A stretch of DNA of 64,000 nt from Balanoglossus misakiensis (taxonomy: Eukaryota; Animalia; Hemichordata): the NCBI GenBank assembly GCA_040954595.2, contig CM082577.2, positions 5,754,301-5,818,300 of the forward strand, written 5' to 3'. How positions within the stretch are numbered: position 1 is the stretch's first letter; every line of letters begins with the position of its first letter. The position numbers were made by a program, and so were the translations under genes. Below the pieces are notes generated by a model. The model was not told the DNA's origin. It made no database searches and saw nothing but the letters and a program-made list of their open reading frames with translations. This document shows, piece after piece, positions 13,545 to 26,693 of this stretch.

Positions 13545-15442
13545 CTTTTAAACCAAATACGCCTATAGGCTATAGCCCTACATTATACTATGGATGAATC
13601 TCGGACTGTTTGCCACAGAAATAGAGATCACAGCCTTTGTCAAACTCACTGCTTTTACATGGTATCTTCATGTTTTAAAAGGGAGTGAAAAAGTTGTCAT
13701 TACAAAAAAGCACGAAATGTCAGGTACATTGTATATACATGTAGTCTTCGACAGAATTGATGAACGTTAACGTTGGTGGCGCCCTTCAACAATGCCCCCA
13801 CATCGTCATTCTCTTTTCTTTCATATGGATGTGTGTGGCAAGCTGAAGCTGAGCACCTGCAGATACATACACGGCAGGATACAAATTTCTGCATGCTGGT
13901 TGTTATACGGCATACTTTGCGGTAAAGATCACAGGCATTCCACACGATAGGACCTTAAACTTTGACCGCAACTTATATTACCTCAGCCCTCTATCCAGTT
14001 CTGTACCTACAGAAGGCTTGTTATCCCAAGAAACTGCAAATTTATAATCTGACAAAGCTAATCAAATTTTATATTTAAAAAAATCACAATTCCCGGCCCC
14101 TGTTACAGTTATGCCTTGCAGTTGAGATTGTACTACATTTGTTGTTGTTGTTGTTTTCTCGTACAAAAACCAAGGTCAAGTAGGGCGTGGGAAGGACTAC
14201 CTTATTACGGATGAAACCACTGTCCGGACCTCGGCTTGTATGTGGTGGTCTCCAATCGGTATATTTGTCGTCCGGTAAAGGGCAAAACTTTGACTACGGT
14301 GACGCTTTAGGCTGCTTGCCAAGTTTGCAATTTTCACACCTTTCCGAACTACATCCGAATCAGAATATCCGCCTGCTGACCACCTGCGGAGTTGCCTGAA
14401 AACTGCACTGTAATTTTGGGCGATTTTAAAAACTGATATAGTGATATTGCAAAGAATTGTGCAATATTTTTTGTCGCCATTAATTTAACGACTTCGAATA
14501 TTTGAATGAGAATTGACGCTACACGAATCTCTTTATCCACCCGGCTTGGTTCTTAATCCTTGCGTGACCTTATGGAAATAAAACACGTCTTTCACATATG
14601 ACGGCGCTTTGTTTTCGCGGTCTCGCGGCCGTGCCCCTCAATATTGTAACGGAGGTCGTGTCCTGACCTGTCGGGCTTGGCAGCGTCCCGTTGCTGTCGC
14701 CTAGCTGCACCGTGTCTATGGTTGCACTGTGTCGCATAAATCATATCATTGGTTTTGTGAAGGGAAAACAAAACGGGATAAAAATGATGTATTCATGATC
14801 AGTTCCACTTTAATTTGTAACACGCAAAGTAGTGTATAGAATAAGCTTGTAGATAAAATAGCGGTCTGGTAGGTAGTACTAGGTGTGAACGTTTTGACAG
14901 ACGACGTCAACGGTCAAGAGAGTCATGATCCAAACAAATGGATATTGGCCAGGGGCACCCTAGTCTTTTTTATCGATAGACCTTATTTACTTTTATGATT
15001 TTTAAAAAGCGCCTCCGTGAATACGACGACGTTTTCCTGTATATGGTGAATAAAACAGCTTTTCTTCTGAAAAGAAAAGAAAAAGTCTTCGTGTGCGTGT
15101 CTCGTTCTTGGTTGCAGGTTGGGCTATGCGTGTATACAGACCGACGTCCGACGCCTGTGCTATTTACTTGTACACCAAACAGTCCCAAAAGTACGCACAA
15201 CCGCTATGATTTCTAAGGTGACAAACGCCTGTGCCAAATCAAACACCGTACCTATTGACCATCGTCGTAAAACCACGACCTGTTTACGGCAACTGCCGCG
15301 GAGCGGAAACACGGTCGGCTCTGGCTTGCGAGAATGCTATTGACCGAATGTTTGACAGCAGGGTTGATTGAAAGTTGCGCCTTCAATTAAAACGACCTTC
15401 CTAGGGAGTCTTGAGTTCAGAGGTCAACGAACGAGTATCAAA

Positions 15443-17591
15443 ATGTCGGAAGTAGAAATCTGCAAACTTGCCTATGATGGACATTTCGAAACTTTGAAGC
15501 GGAAAATCGACGCGGATAAAAATCTTGCGACAAAGAAAGATCAGGTAATTTACGATGAGAATATTCTGTGACGTGAAAGAAGATATACCGGGGAGGAGTG
15601 AAAGAAAGCTTACAGTAATGTACGTAGGATGACATTGCAAATTTGATTGCAACCGGAACGCACGTGGGATTGTTTACACTTTTGCAAGTTCTAAAAAGTG
15701 CGATATTGTATATTCTTTTGTTTTATCAAAGATGCATTTGCTTCTCTGCGGTCGCAGAGCGCTGTTCAAGCATGGGTGGAAATAGAATCTGGCTTTTTAC
15801 ATGCATCAGGTTGCCAAAAACATCTTTACTTGCTATTGGCAAAATCTAAGTGCTGTGGTTGTGTTATCATTTCCAGAGTAGCAGAATGCCACTGCATTGG
15901 GCTGCAGCGGCAGGACACAAGGAGATTGTGGATTATCTTCTGAACGTGGGCGTACCCGTGAATGTAGGAGATGATGTAAGTGTGGCACAGTGTTATCACG
16001 AAGGAGAGCAACAGTGTTCATCTATTGCCCTGCGAAACTGTTAAACAGCTGGGTTTTTTTCCTCTCGGTTCTTTCACCAATGGAATGATTGATTGATTGT
16101 GAGTTTGTAATGAATATGTCTTTTTCTTATAAAAAATGAAGTTTCCAGCACCATCAGAAAGAGATGATAGTGTTCATGAAAATCATCATTTCCTATAGAC
16201 CAGAAGATCTGTGGTTCGAAGTAATGAGCGCCCTCAAGTGACAGATCTTTCAATACAGGGCAGGGCAGAATTCATAGTGAATTTCAAATGCTGTCACTCT
16301 TCTTCCAGTCAGAATGGACGCCCCTTCACATTGCAGCATCAGCTGGAAGACAGGAGGTTGTCACATCTCTGCTGAGCAGAAAAGCACATGTGAATGTGAG
16401 CAACCAAACGGGACAGACGCCTCTGCACTACGCAGCATCAAGGAACAGGATAGATGTAAGATTACTACTTCAAATGCACTAAAGGTGTTAAATCCTTGGA
16501 AGCTTTTGAAAGTTCTCAAGTTTCTGTGGTTTTACCAGATGAGCATTTTCTCTCCGCTAATCACTGACTAAGATCTGGCATTTGATTGAAGGTAACAGAA
16601 ACCTTATTGGGACACGGAGCCGAGGTTGACTGCTACGACCGTCTTTCTGCCACACCGCTGCACAGAGCAGCGTCACTAGGCAACGTCAAGATAGTTCAGC
16701 TGTTGTTAGAGCACCATGCGCCCGTGGAAGCCCAGGATGTGGAGGGAAACACGCCACTGTGAGTAGATTTTTTTTCTTCTGATTTTTCGTTATATCTTTT
16801 TCTGCTTTTAAAAAAAACTTTATTTACGTTAATCATACTATTAAGACAGAAAATTAACTATGGTTAATAATGCATCCCCATCATCTATAAGGTGATATGG
16901 ACTGGAAGATTTGCCACTAGAGGGCGCTATACACGGGTCACATAAAATTTGACTTCTGTAGTTTATTTGTAAACGTGAATTCTCTTCAGTAGGTGAAGAG
17001 TGTGATCAAAATTACTGCACGAGTATACCCATATTCTGATCAAAGTTAAATCAAAACGATCAAATCTGGCTGTTGTCTTTCTTTTATTTTGTATGATGTT
17101 TGCCACTGCTGAAATCCCTATAGACATTTGGCATGTGAAGAAAACAGAAGCGACGTTGCCAAGATGTTGCTGGATGCTGATGCAAGCTTACACACTATGA
17201 ATAAGGTGGGTGTGTCTATAAACAGCAGATGTTCGTTTATCACCTGACTGCTACTCATTGAATCTCAAACTGTGGTGATCATCCAGTGGGATATTCTACC
17301 GAGTGTGAATCTGAACATCTGGATGGGAAAAGTCTGATAGCAACAATGTCAGAGTGGTTCACCCTGTGAAATGAATGAGTTGTCACTTTTGTTTGAAGAT
17401 CTTGTTGTATAATGCAGCTTCTTGACTTTCAAGTCCCATTGTCTGCGTGTCTGTCTGTCTGTCTGTCTGTCTACTTGTCTGACTGACTGACTGGCTGCAT
17501 GTTGTGTCTCTGTTCACAGGACGACAAAACGCCACTGGACCTTGCCGCCGACAACTTGCGAAAGATGCTGGTCAAACTAAGTCAAGGCTGA
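15443..17591 (+). CDS. PSMD10: 26S proteasome non-ATPase regulatory subunit 10 (gankyrin), ankyrin repeats, 6 exons, 222 aa
   Basis: Exons 15443-15544, 15877-15975, 16309-16455, 16592-16758, 17124-17205 and 17520-17591. MSEVEICKLAYDG...ATKKDQSSRMPLHWAAAAGHKEIV...WTPLHIAASAGR...GQTPLHYAASRNR...TPLHRAASLGN...EGNTPLHLACEENR...KTPLDLA matches gankyrin along its whole length. Confidence 0.93.
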
Positions 17592-19621
17592 AAGGGCCAT
17601 GCAACAGAACACAGTGTGCATAATTCTACGTCATGTGTTATGTAAAAGTGTGAATGAAGGAAAAAAAAAACATACTGTATTTTGGAATTTGCTGGCCACG
17701 TGAAATTACCATGCACATCAGTTGATGGTTCAGCGCTGTTACGATGTTGCAACAGTACTTGAGTCTCAACATTGCCGGTTCTTTTTTAAACTTGAGATAA
17801 ATCTGCATGAAATTTGTGTGCTCCAGATTGTTCGTTTGTACAGAAAGTAACCAGCTAAAAAAACACAGTATTTTTCAACTCAGCAGATGCTGACAGTGAA
17901 GTGTCAGCTGGTTTTGTAACATTTCAAGAAAGATGATGAACACGCCAGCATCCACGAGATAAAGTGAAAAATTTATCAAGATATCCAGAAAGTAATGAGA
18001 AAGTACAAAAGTTCTTCATTTGGTAGCATTTCACTTCGTTATCATACTTTACTATTTTATCATAGTCCCTGGGACTTTGAATTGATGTATAACTGCCCTA
18101 CTAAACAAATGATAATAAAATTGTCGGTTCAAATGAAAGTTGTCTGCATTTTGTCATCTTCAACCTTGATGGATTTTTTTCACCTGTGCTAACCCTGGAT
18201 TCCCATAACTCTCTCTTCCTGTCTCTTTATGCATAATTTGTCTCTCTATCTCGTTTCAATGACCACTGCATTTCGCTCGACCAGACCAGCAGAGCACGTA
18301 CATAGATGCAGGTAATCTGCCATTTTGAAATGTGTAAGTTTTTTCTCTCTCCCAGAAGTGGACACAAGAAACACAAGGTGATCACCTGAACTTTGAGTGA
18401 AGACACTTTCTGTCTTGTCCTACAGTGTAGTACTCAGTGCTGTCATTATTTTTGTCCATCTTTTTGACCCTAAAGTACAGAAACACAGATAACAATTGAG
18501 AGCACTTTGTTAATAAGCAATCAGTTATAACCACTACCTGCCTTTTCGTACTTCTTAATGAGGCGGGCACCCAGCATATCTATCTCTCTCCATTTAGATG
18601 CATCACCATAGGATGCAATTAGTCTATAGCAAACATCAGACTCCATCAAAGGAATGTACTTTCTCCTTGTAGCTGAAAGTGTGAGAATATGATCCCAGGT
18701 CGTTGGTATGGGATATTCTATTTATACCTAAAATAAATGTAAATCAACAACAGATTATACTTGGGGAATAATTTTTTTTTTTTTTTTTTAAATTTCACTT
18801 GCATAATTACATTCACATTGATGCACATGTAAATATGTCAAAGGTATAAAAAGATTAGAAAAAAAAATCTTTCCAAATGTATCTATTAAAGGGTGAAAAA
18901 TTGCCCAGATTTGGCTGAGGTGACTTGCTACAAGCCTGAATTTATAGATAAAATTTTAGATGACACAAGACCTGTAAGTCATTTCTAATAGACCACTATA
19001 TTGTAGAGCTGTGCTCAATTTGGGAAAGTTCTTGTCATAGAACTTCGATAATGTTTTCCTTTGCTCATAATCATGAAATTTAGATTATAAACATGTCCTT
19101 ACTTCTTTTCTCAAATGCGACGAAAATTAAGTTTTTTTATTATTCTGAAAATCTCTCTTGAACACTATTTTACTCCACAGTCTGTTTACGTGACATTCTG
19201 CACGACAAAAGTAAACAAATCGTAAAATTTGCTTATCAAGCAGTAACTGAAATCTGTGTACGCACAGATGATTGGTTCTTTTTTTAACTACCAGTAGACT
19301 GAATTTTACATAAACAACACATTGCACTTTGAGTGAGTGCATCTGGGTGTGTTGTATGTACTATTCACTGAAAGATTTGTTGTTAAAGGGCACTCTTCTC
19401 GGCGAGTGGGGGGCACTGATGGTTCTACAGTACCGTAGGTTTAGCACCAATAGCAGAAACTAATGAACGTTAATTGAATGCCCACAAAATATACGTACTG
19501 GAAAATGTTACCGTACTAGCCATTCTACTACACTTTATAAAATTTTCGATAAAATTTAAACAATTAGGTTCGACATACATAGTAAGTACATAAATGTGTG
19601 TTTGTGCACATGCTTGTGTGC

Positions 19622-19657
<36 letters not shown>

Positions 19658-19823
19658 GTGTGAACATGACAACACAGTTTCCTGCATTTCTACATGAAAG
19701 CCAGTGTGATATACCGGTACACACTGAACAATGGATAAAACAGCAACGAGCACAAAAGCCATGAGTTGGGCCTACACGAGTCTAACTTACAAAAATATAG
19801 GATATCAGTTTTCATATTGCTCA

Positions 19824-21911
19824 TCAGAGTTCCTCGTGTGCAAACTTTGGAGATTCTGTTTCATTGTCACCTTTCCTGCTCTTTTTCTTCTTGGATTTCT
19901 GTTTTTTCTTCTTCTTGTTCTCTTCGTCTTTTGTCTCGGACGCGTTGCCATCCACTCTCTCAGCACCCGTCCACACCTCGCGTAGACATTCTGTGGAAGG
20001 AGGTTTTCGCCATGGTTACTGGTAGTATTTCCATCTCCAGGTAGGCACAGAGTACATTATGAATGATATATTAGACTTTTTTCCTGGCACAAGTACAATG
20101 TTCATTCAAACCTGTCTATAGTGGCCAGTCAAGTGACTTTCCTGAACTGGCCTTTATAGACAGGTGGCTTTTATAGACAGGTCAATTAATGAACACGTAA
20201 ATTGCACAGGGACTGTAACAAAGAGGCCATAGAGGTGGCCACTAAGACAGGTTTGACTGTATAATGGTTTTTAGAAACAAGAAAACAGGATACCTTGCTC
20301 GTCTTGTTTCAATGCCCTATCAGCGCAAAGATAGTTCATCAAAGGCGTGTCGCTGTCTTGGTGATGATAGTACCATTCTTCGAGGTCTTCCTCGTGGTCT
20401 TCCATCAGCTGTTCACACTTTGGACGGAGGTCAGGGGAAGGGAGAGGGGAAGGGGAGGGAGAGGGGAAGGGAGAGGGGAAGACGGCAGAAGGGAAGAGAA
20501 AACCACAAGCCGTTACTTGAAACCTGCTCACAATAAAGGAGCTCATCAGAATGTGTATGATGTGTATGTGTATGTCTCTGTGTTTACAAAGCAATTTTGA
20601 GTGTCGACTGTTTTTTTTTATAGCAGAGAGTTTGTTCTATTAATTTCAAAAGGCTGAAAACTTACATATTTCTTCATGGTTGTGATTTCCGCTGAGGGCA
20701 AGTCCCACATGTCGTACGGTATTCCCAGGTCAACTTTGACCCCTTTGTCGACCAATCCGTGCAGGGTCTCGAAAGTTTCGCTCCTTCCCTTGGCAAATCT
20801 ATAAGAGAGAACATGTTGTTTGCTCTGCTCCTAAGAACTTGTGCAATAGTTTATAAATGTAACAGGATTTGGCAGAAACCAGATGACTGGGGACAAAAGT
20901 GCCTACGTCATCTCATCTGACATACCTTCGACTTCCTTGCCTCTCAGCATGTAAATTATATTTCAAGACTTCTTCGCAGATGTTCTCAGTTGCTTCAATG
21001 AATCTCATTTCACTGCAACCAAATGACAAAAGTACACAAAGTGCAATAGTTCAGAGCTTTCAGTGGCATCATCATCATCATCTTTCTCCTCCTCATCATC
21101 GTCGTCATCATCATCATCATCATTCTCCTCCTCCTCATCATCATCATCATCCTTCTCCTCATCATCATCTGATACATCATCTGTTACATCATCACTAATC
21201 ATCATTATGATATGCTGTACTTACGAGGTGCGATAATCAACTCGTTTGAGTCTGTCTCCCCTGGCGTCCAGCTGATGACCTACATCAATTTTGGCTTTCG
21301 AGTTTTTAGATTTGTCAAACTGACCTTGCAATTCAATCGCAAATATTTTACACACTGGAAAAAAGGAAAAAATTTTATGAAAAATGTTTGATGGCAAATT
21401 TCAAAACAGGTGCATGGTTACAGTCTTAGTCGAACATAAATTGAGTACTGCAGCTTAATCTACAACACTGGGAAGAATTACTTTTAAATCGACTGCACCA
21501 CGGTGGATCAAGAGAAATCGGTTGAAGTGGTTCCTAAAAACGGCCGTTGAAATAAATGCGGAAGTCCCTCTGTAAAATTTGCGGAATCGAAACTCGACCT
21601 GTGGTGACGACGTTTTACAGTTATGTCACTGCATGAATATTACGTGCTTACTACTGGGGAAAAACATCTACATTCTTTACTATAATCATTATACTTCATA
21701 TGAAATGGGCATAGTTCTTTGACAGAACATATTCACTGCACGAGTGCAGTAGTATTACAGTTTAGATGACAACACTTCCGGGTTTTCCCCCACCTTCACA
21801 TTTTGTTGGGTCTCTGTGTGGATTGTCGCGCTCCGCTTCGATTTCCGTGTCCCCGTTGACGAGAAAGGCAAACACGAGAATCAGAAAGAAGACAGTTGAC
21901 TCCAATTTCAT
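19824..21911 (-). CDS. CNPY4: Protein canopy homolog 3/4 (ER co-chaperone, saposin-like), 6 exons, 252 aa
   Basis: Minus-strand exons 21911-21794, 21354-21225, 21012-20926, 20798-20666, 20417-20294 and 19990-19824. Signal peptide, then [72 protein letters not shown] and [23 protein letters not shown], a Lys-rich tail, and the C-terminal ER-retention motif HEEL. CNPY3 versus CNPY4 orthology is not resolved. Confidence 0.92.
20101..20261. mobile_element. Tc1/mariner-pogo-type MITE in CNPY intron 5
   Basis: Left TCAAACCTGTCTATAGTGGCCA pairs with right TGGCCACTAAGACAGGTTTGACTGTA, ending in the CAGTC/TA terminus typical of Tigger-like elements. The left terminus is degenerate. Confidence 0.65.
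21068..21205. repeat. (CAT)n/(CCT)n trinucleotide tract in CNPY intron 2
   Basis: Degenerate CAT/CCT runs. They account for the poly-His and poly-Asp ORFs. Confidence 0.9.
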
Positions 21912-22951
21912 CGTCTTAACCTCTTTTCGCGCAGTTCTCACTCCCAACTCCAGGACTCGAAGATACCGGAGTGCCTGTACCGATACTGAAAACACTGCAG
22001 TCTATCAAGACACGCTGTTGAGCACATCGTCGGAACGGCCGTAGTGATTGGCCGAAGCAAATGATTGACATATAAAGTACCGCCCACCAACGCGCAACGT
22101 GTTGACCTAGCTTCGCACGAGTAGCTTCGCCATATTTATCTGCTGCACGTGTTGACCTTCGTACGAGACTCGTTAACGCAGAATTCCGCGTCCGGGACGC
22201 AAGCTTTTTTGCTGGGACGCGGGTTCACTTTGATGTCTGCGTCCGGGGAACCCCAGCTGAGCGCACACTGCAGTGATTAATGATCGTCTTGTAATTTTAA
22301 TTTGTTTATTCAAAAACGCTTTTACGGCTTGCTAATCCAGAAGATTGACACTTGTAAACAAAAACAAAGTGTGAAATAATCATTTGACTAAAGCATGTTA
22401 GAGTTTTCCTGACAACAAAAGAAAAACTGGCTTCGTTTTTCCTTTGGCAGGTCCGCCAATTGCCTTGTCAACAAGTTGTGAACGATGTGTCATTAATTAG
22501 AGGCCGATGTCGAGAGCGGGTGGTCGCGCGCGATCGCGGGACGTACCCATGCAGCCGGCCGACTGCATCGAGCGGTGGACCCGATGTACCGCGCACGGTC
22601 AATCGAACGCGCGCGACCTTGTTTTCGACAGTTCAGCGGGTGTCTTTGTTGACTCCCTCGTTCTATGTGTTTGATTTCCGCAAAAAAGAGAAAATTTCTC
22701 GCTTTTGATTATGCTTTTTACAGCCTGTCTATCTTCATTGGTGTACATGTAATCCTTTCACCCGTTTTCGCTTGAAAATCTTTGATTTATCCGACTCCAT
22801 GTAGCTGGACTGGGTTAAATATGGGGGCAAAACTCGTCAACGATCAGAACACTCTGACATCGATAGCTATGCATCGCTTCCTCTCTGTGGTTCCCCGTAT
22901 AAACACAGGGGGCTCTCCCTCCGCGATTTTATTGTTTGTTTGTTTGTTTGT

Positions 22952-22986
<35 letters not shown>

Positions 22987-23445
22987 ATTGATTGGCAAAA
23001 TCTTTTTCTCAAGCTATGTCAAACTTCAATGAACAGAAAGCCAGAAGGAAATTACTTTATAATAAAAAATGAAACGTTCATAGAAAATGAAAATAAATGT
23101 GGAAATACACTTAAATTGTGATGTTGACTTCGCCAGTAAGTGTGTGGCGAGTACGTATGTGTTATAATATATTGAAAAAATGGGGACCCACAAAAATATT
23201 TAGGGACCCCTGATTTTCACAAGGAAGGGGTCCCAGGGACCCCAAGATTTTGAGGCCTAGCGCAATCCCTGCGAGTAATACTTATTTGCCCCGTATCGTC
23301 TACTTATAATATGCAGGTAATGTGCATTTTGGTTTTTAAAGTCTGGTAGACTGTAAATCTGTTTTAGTCTGGTACTGACTGTTTTCAATCCCGTCAGTGG
23401 AAAACGACCGGTATCATGCCCGCCACATACATGTGTACTTACTTA

Positions 23446-23962
23446 CAAGTAACCTCGAATGGCGAGACTGACTTTTTATGCATTCACGTAACGGAACTCA
23501 AACTTTTTCGTCCTTTACATGTAAACGTACATTCATTGCAACAATGTGGTAAGCCTTAAACCCTGAATCTGTCATAAAATTGAACCAGAATTTTAACACG
23601 CCGCTATCGGACAAGTGACCTACCTCGAATGGCGAGACTGACTTTTTATGCATTCACGTAACGGAACACAAACTTTTTCGTCTTTTACATGCAACAATGT
23701 GGTAATTATTTGAGTTGTTCGCATTTCATGTTTAATACAGCCTTAAACCCCGAATCTCTCATAAAACTGAACCAGAATTTTAATTAGGGGAAGTTTGTCT
23801 TAACCGCCATTTTGGAAACAAGGTGCGTTGTGGGATAGAACTGGAGGTGTTTTGGAGGGATCTTACGTAAGCTTACGTAAGATCCCTCCAAAACACCTCC
23901 AGTTCTATCCCACAACGCACCTTGTTTCCAAAATGGCGGTTAAAACTAACACGCTATGGGAC
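23446..23962. repeat. ~165-bp tandem duplication whose second copy carries insertions
   Basis: ACCTCGAATGGCGAGACTGACTTTTTATGCATTCACGTAACGGAAC occurs at 23452 and 23622. Both copies run to CCAGAATTTTAA-CACGC..CTAT.GGACA. Confidence 0.85.
23784..23949. mobile_element. Foldback/MITE insertion containing a 144-bp perfect palindrome (23800-23943), TAA target duplication
   Basis: TTAACCGCCATTTTGG...CTTACGTAAG|CTTACGTAAG...CCAAAATGGCGGTTAA is its own reverse complement. TAA at 23781-23783 and 23947-23949. The empty site is present in the upstream duplicate. Confidence 0.85.
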
Positions 23963-24118
23963 ACAGGTTGCCAGATAAACATAATGAGGCAGGATGGTGT
24001 GAAGATAACAAGCTGAGGACAATAGATAGAAAATTCCTCTATTAGAAAGCCTATGCGAAATATAATCTACCTCAGAGATAAACTCCCTTTTGCATAGCCA
24101 GTTTGGTAGACTGTTGGG

Positions 24119-24298
24119 GCGTTCTCACTGTCACGTTTACACCGGTGCTACACTATGCTAGATTTGACACCGACGGAAAAAAACAAGTGAGAACGCTTTA
24201 CGCCAGTGCTGGGCCGGTGTTAATTTGCGACGGCGATGAGGGGTGGGTCAGGGCCAGTGCTGGGCCAGCGCTCCGAAGCAAATATGCAGTGAGAACGC
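24119..24298. mobile_element. Short MITE with 12-bp TIR GCGTTCTCACTG
   Basis: GCGTTCTCACTG at 24119 and CAGTGAGAACGC ending at 24298. No clear TSD. Confidence 0.55.
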
Positions 24299-25983
24299 AA
24301 AGATAAACAAACACCGTTCAAAAGCGCCACCTTGCAGTGACTTTCTGGTATGTTTATGTGGTATAGCCCATCGTCTTTGGTCAGTTTCTATTGTGAAGAC
24401 AATCACACTGGTCGCGAGTGGTTTTCTAACCTTTCGTGGTTAGCCAGGTCTGCAACACTTCTGCCTGCCACCAACTTTCAGAAGGTTCTCTCGATCGCAG
24501 AAAAGCTGAGGCATTTTTCATTTATGGATTAACATTCATTACTTCTAAACAATATCAAAACGGTCATGAAGACGACGAGAACAATAGAATTTAGCGTGCA
24601 CTAAAAAGCCGCACGGTACGTAAGGAACACTCGTTAAATACGCCTTGAGTTTCAAGGTGCCCCAACTCACAGTGTACAGGTATGCTTTGTTGTGCGGACG
24701 GTTTCAAGACACCCCCACTCCAATGCACATAAACAAAAAAGAAAGATGGCTGCTCACTAGGTCATGCAGTTTTCGAACGATTCTATCGCCATTAACGTAG
24801 ATGTAAGATGTATAATAATATAGTCCATGGGCCAGAGACCGAAACCCTCCCCCCCCCTGAGGATTTTTGCAGACATATATTTTTGGAAAGCCTATTTATC
24901 CAGCTGTCAGAATCAGGTTGTTTGCACTCATATTAATGGTGGGTGTGGCCGTGAGGAGCGGTTGTCATGGTAACGATAGCATAATTTTAGGGGTACTCAT
25001 ACAGTTAAAAAATGATATATTTCAGGATCTGAGAAAGCTAGAGAAAAAATTTAAACATTGGGTCTTATAAAGTAGGGTACGGGCTATCCAATGATTACAT
25101 GACCGACAAGGTCAGAGGTCAAGTTCATCTTCAAAACGCGGGGTCAAAGTAAAAACTGCGCTATTTTTTGCATATCGATCATACATAGTTTCGATTTACT
25201 GGAAAACGGTTTGCTCGAGGAGGCTGTAAATTGGTCATCAGGTAGCATGGAACATTAGGTTTAAGAAAAATAAGCTGATTCACGTCTTTGATATTAAGTT
25301 ATATTAAAATTCTGTTACCATAACGACGGATAGCAGATTTTGCGAAAATCACAAAAATAAGAATCCTGCTATATCTTTGCTACCAATTAAGCTTTAGATA
25401 AAATTTAAACACTCAAACTTATAATGTCGGGTGCGAGCTTTTGATTGCTAAATTGAACTTTGGGGTTCAAGGTCAAGGTCATCCCCAAATTTCGGGTCAA
25501 AGTGACAAAATGGGCATTATGGACTTTGTTCAAAATGACATTTTACGGCGAGCGCTTACTACACTGTTGGGATAGGTAGGTAACATCACTGTTCAATGAA
25601 ATAAGTGTTTTCTTTTTCTATTACATATTGGCAATTAATGTTCAAGCCCTCGTATATTCAAAAATGCAATACTGAGTATGAAGACATTTAACCATCTGCA
25701 AAAGACATTGCAACCTCTCTTTCATTTCCACATGCCTATTTGCCAAATTAAATAAATTGCATGCTGCGAAACATCTAACAACACAAATCATCAAAAGGTT
25801 TGGGGAACATAATTATTTCTTCCCATGCACAGAAATTTAATTTGCTTGGTGAACAACCTAGTATTCCAATGCGTGTTGGAGCATATATTACAATATAGGT
25901 GGAGCACACAACTGTCAAAATCATTTTATGAATGAAATCTTCTAGTTGCTACATAATAAATTTTCTTTTCTATTTAATTACAG

Positions 25984-26164
25984 TGATGACAAAGAAATTT
26001 GTTCAGTCTGTAAAGAAAATTCAAGTCACCCTATGGTGGAATGTGATAGCTGTGGCCAATGGGAACACATTCACTGTGTTCCTAAATTGACAGTTAGGCA
26101 GGCCAAGCGCAAAAATTATTTGCACACATGTGTAATGTGTGGTCATCGGCAAAAGCAAGCTTAG
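25984..26164 (+). pseudogene. Orphan terminal exon encoding a PHD finger, probably transposon-borne
   Basis: Acceptor TTTTCTTTTCTATTTAATTACAG, then DDKEICSVCKENSSHPMVECDSCGQWEHIHCVPKLTVRQAKRKNYLHTCVMC...* with complete C4HC3 spacing. No convincing upstream exons found. Confidence 0.6.
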
Positions 26165-26192
26165 TCATACACTTTCAATATTTGGTACAGAT

Positions 26193-26693
26193 ACAAGTAG
26201 TCTTTTTTTTTCTTTTAATATGATTGCAAAAGGTTTCATAACTACAAAAGTGTACATCAAAAGAATACCATGTACAAATCAATAGGACAAAAACAAAAAA
26301 AAATAGTTCAAAATTTTACATGTATTTTATCTACTTTATACCTCTGTCTAAACTCACACTTAAACATGATAATTAAAGGAAAATTCTTGTCAAGCAACCA
26401 GTATTTGTAGATACACCATTTACCAATTGAAATTAACAGATTTACAATGTTTTCTTCCATTCTTGAGAAGCTTTTGTTTGTATAACAAGTGAAAATTATA
26501 TCACAATTCTGTAGTTTGAACGTTTTGTCGATACTTTGTTGAACTGTATTGTTGATTCTCTACCAAAGATCCTTTGCCAAAGAACAATGCAAATACCTAT
26601 GTTCAAGAGAATCGGGGACTTTACAAAGCTCACAGTCCAACTTACTTTTTTCCAATAAAATAGATATTTTCTACATGGCAACAAGTAGTCTTT
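26193..26693 (-). mobile_element. 5'-truncated L1/Tx1-type non-LTR retrotransposon insertion with a 13-bp TSD
   Basis: TSD ACAAGTAGTCTTT at 26193-26205 and 26681-26693. A-rich tail at the left end on the minus strand. Minus-strand remnant LPCRKYLFYWKK/(frameshift)DCELCKVPDSLEHRYLHCSLAKDLW*RINN...NLLISIGKWCIYK corresponds to the ORF2 C-terminal CCHC (zf-RVT) region. Confidence 0.85.

Noticed and set aside
20899-21205. Poly-His and poly-Asp ORFs
   Set aside because: They come from the intronic (CAT)n tract of CNPY.
24151-24334. CACTATG and GCCACCTTG as ProtoRAG TIR elements
   Set aside because: CACTATG lies inside an unrelated MITE, the spacing does not fit, and no partner TIR was found.
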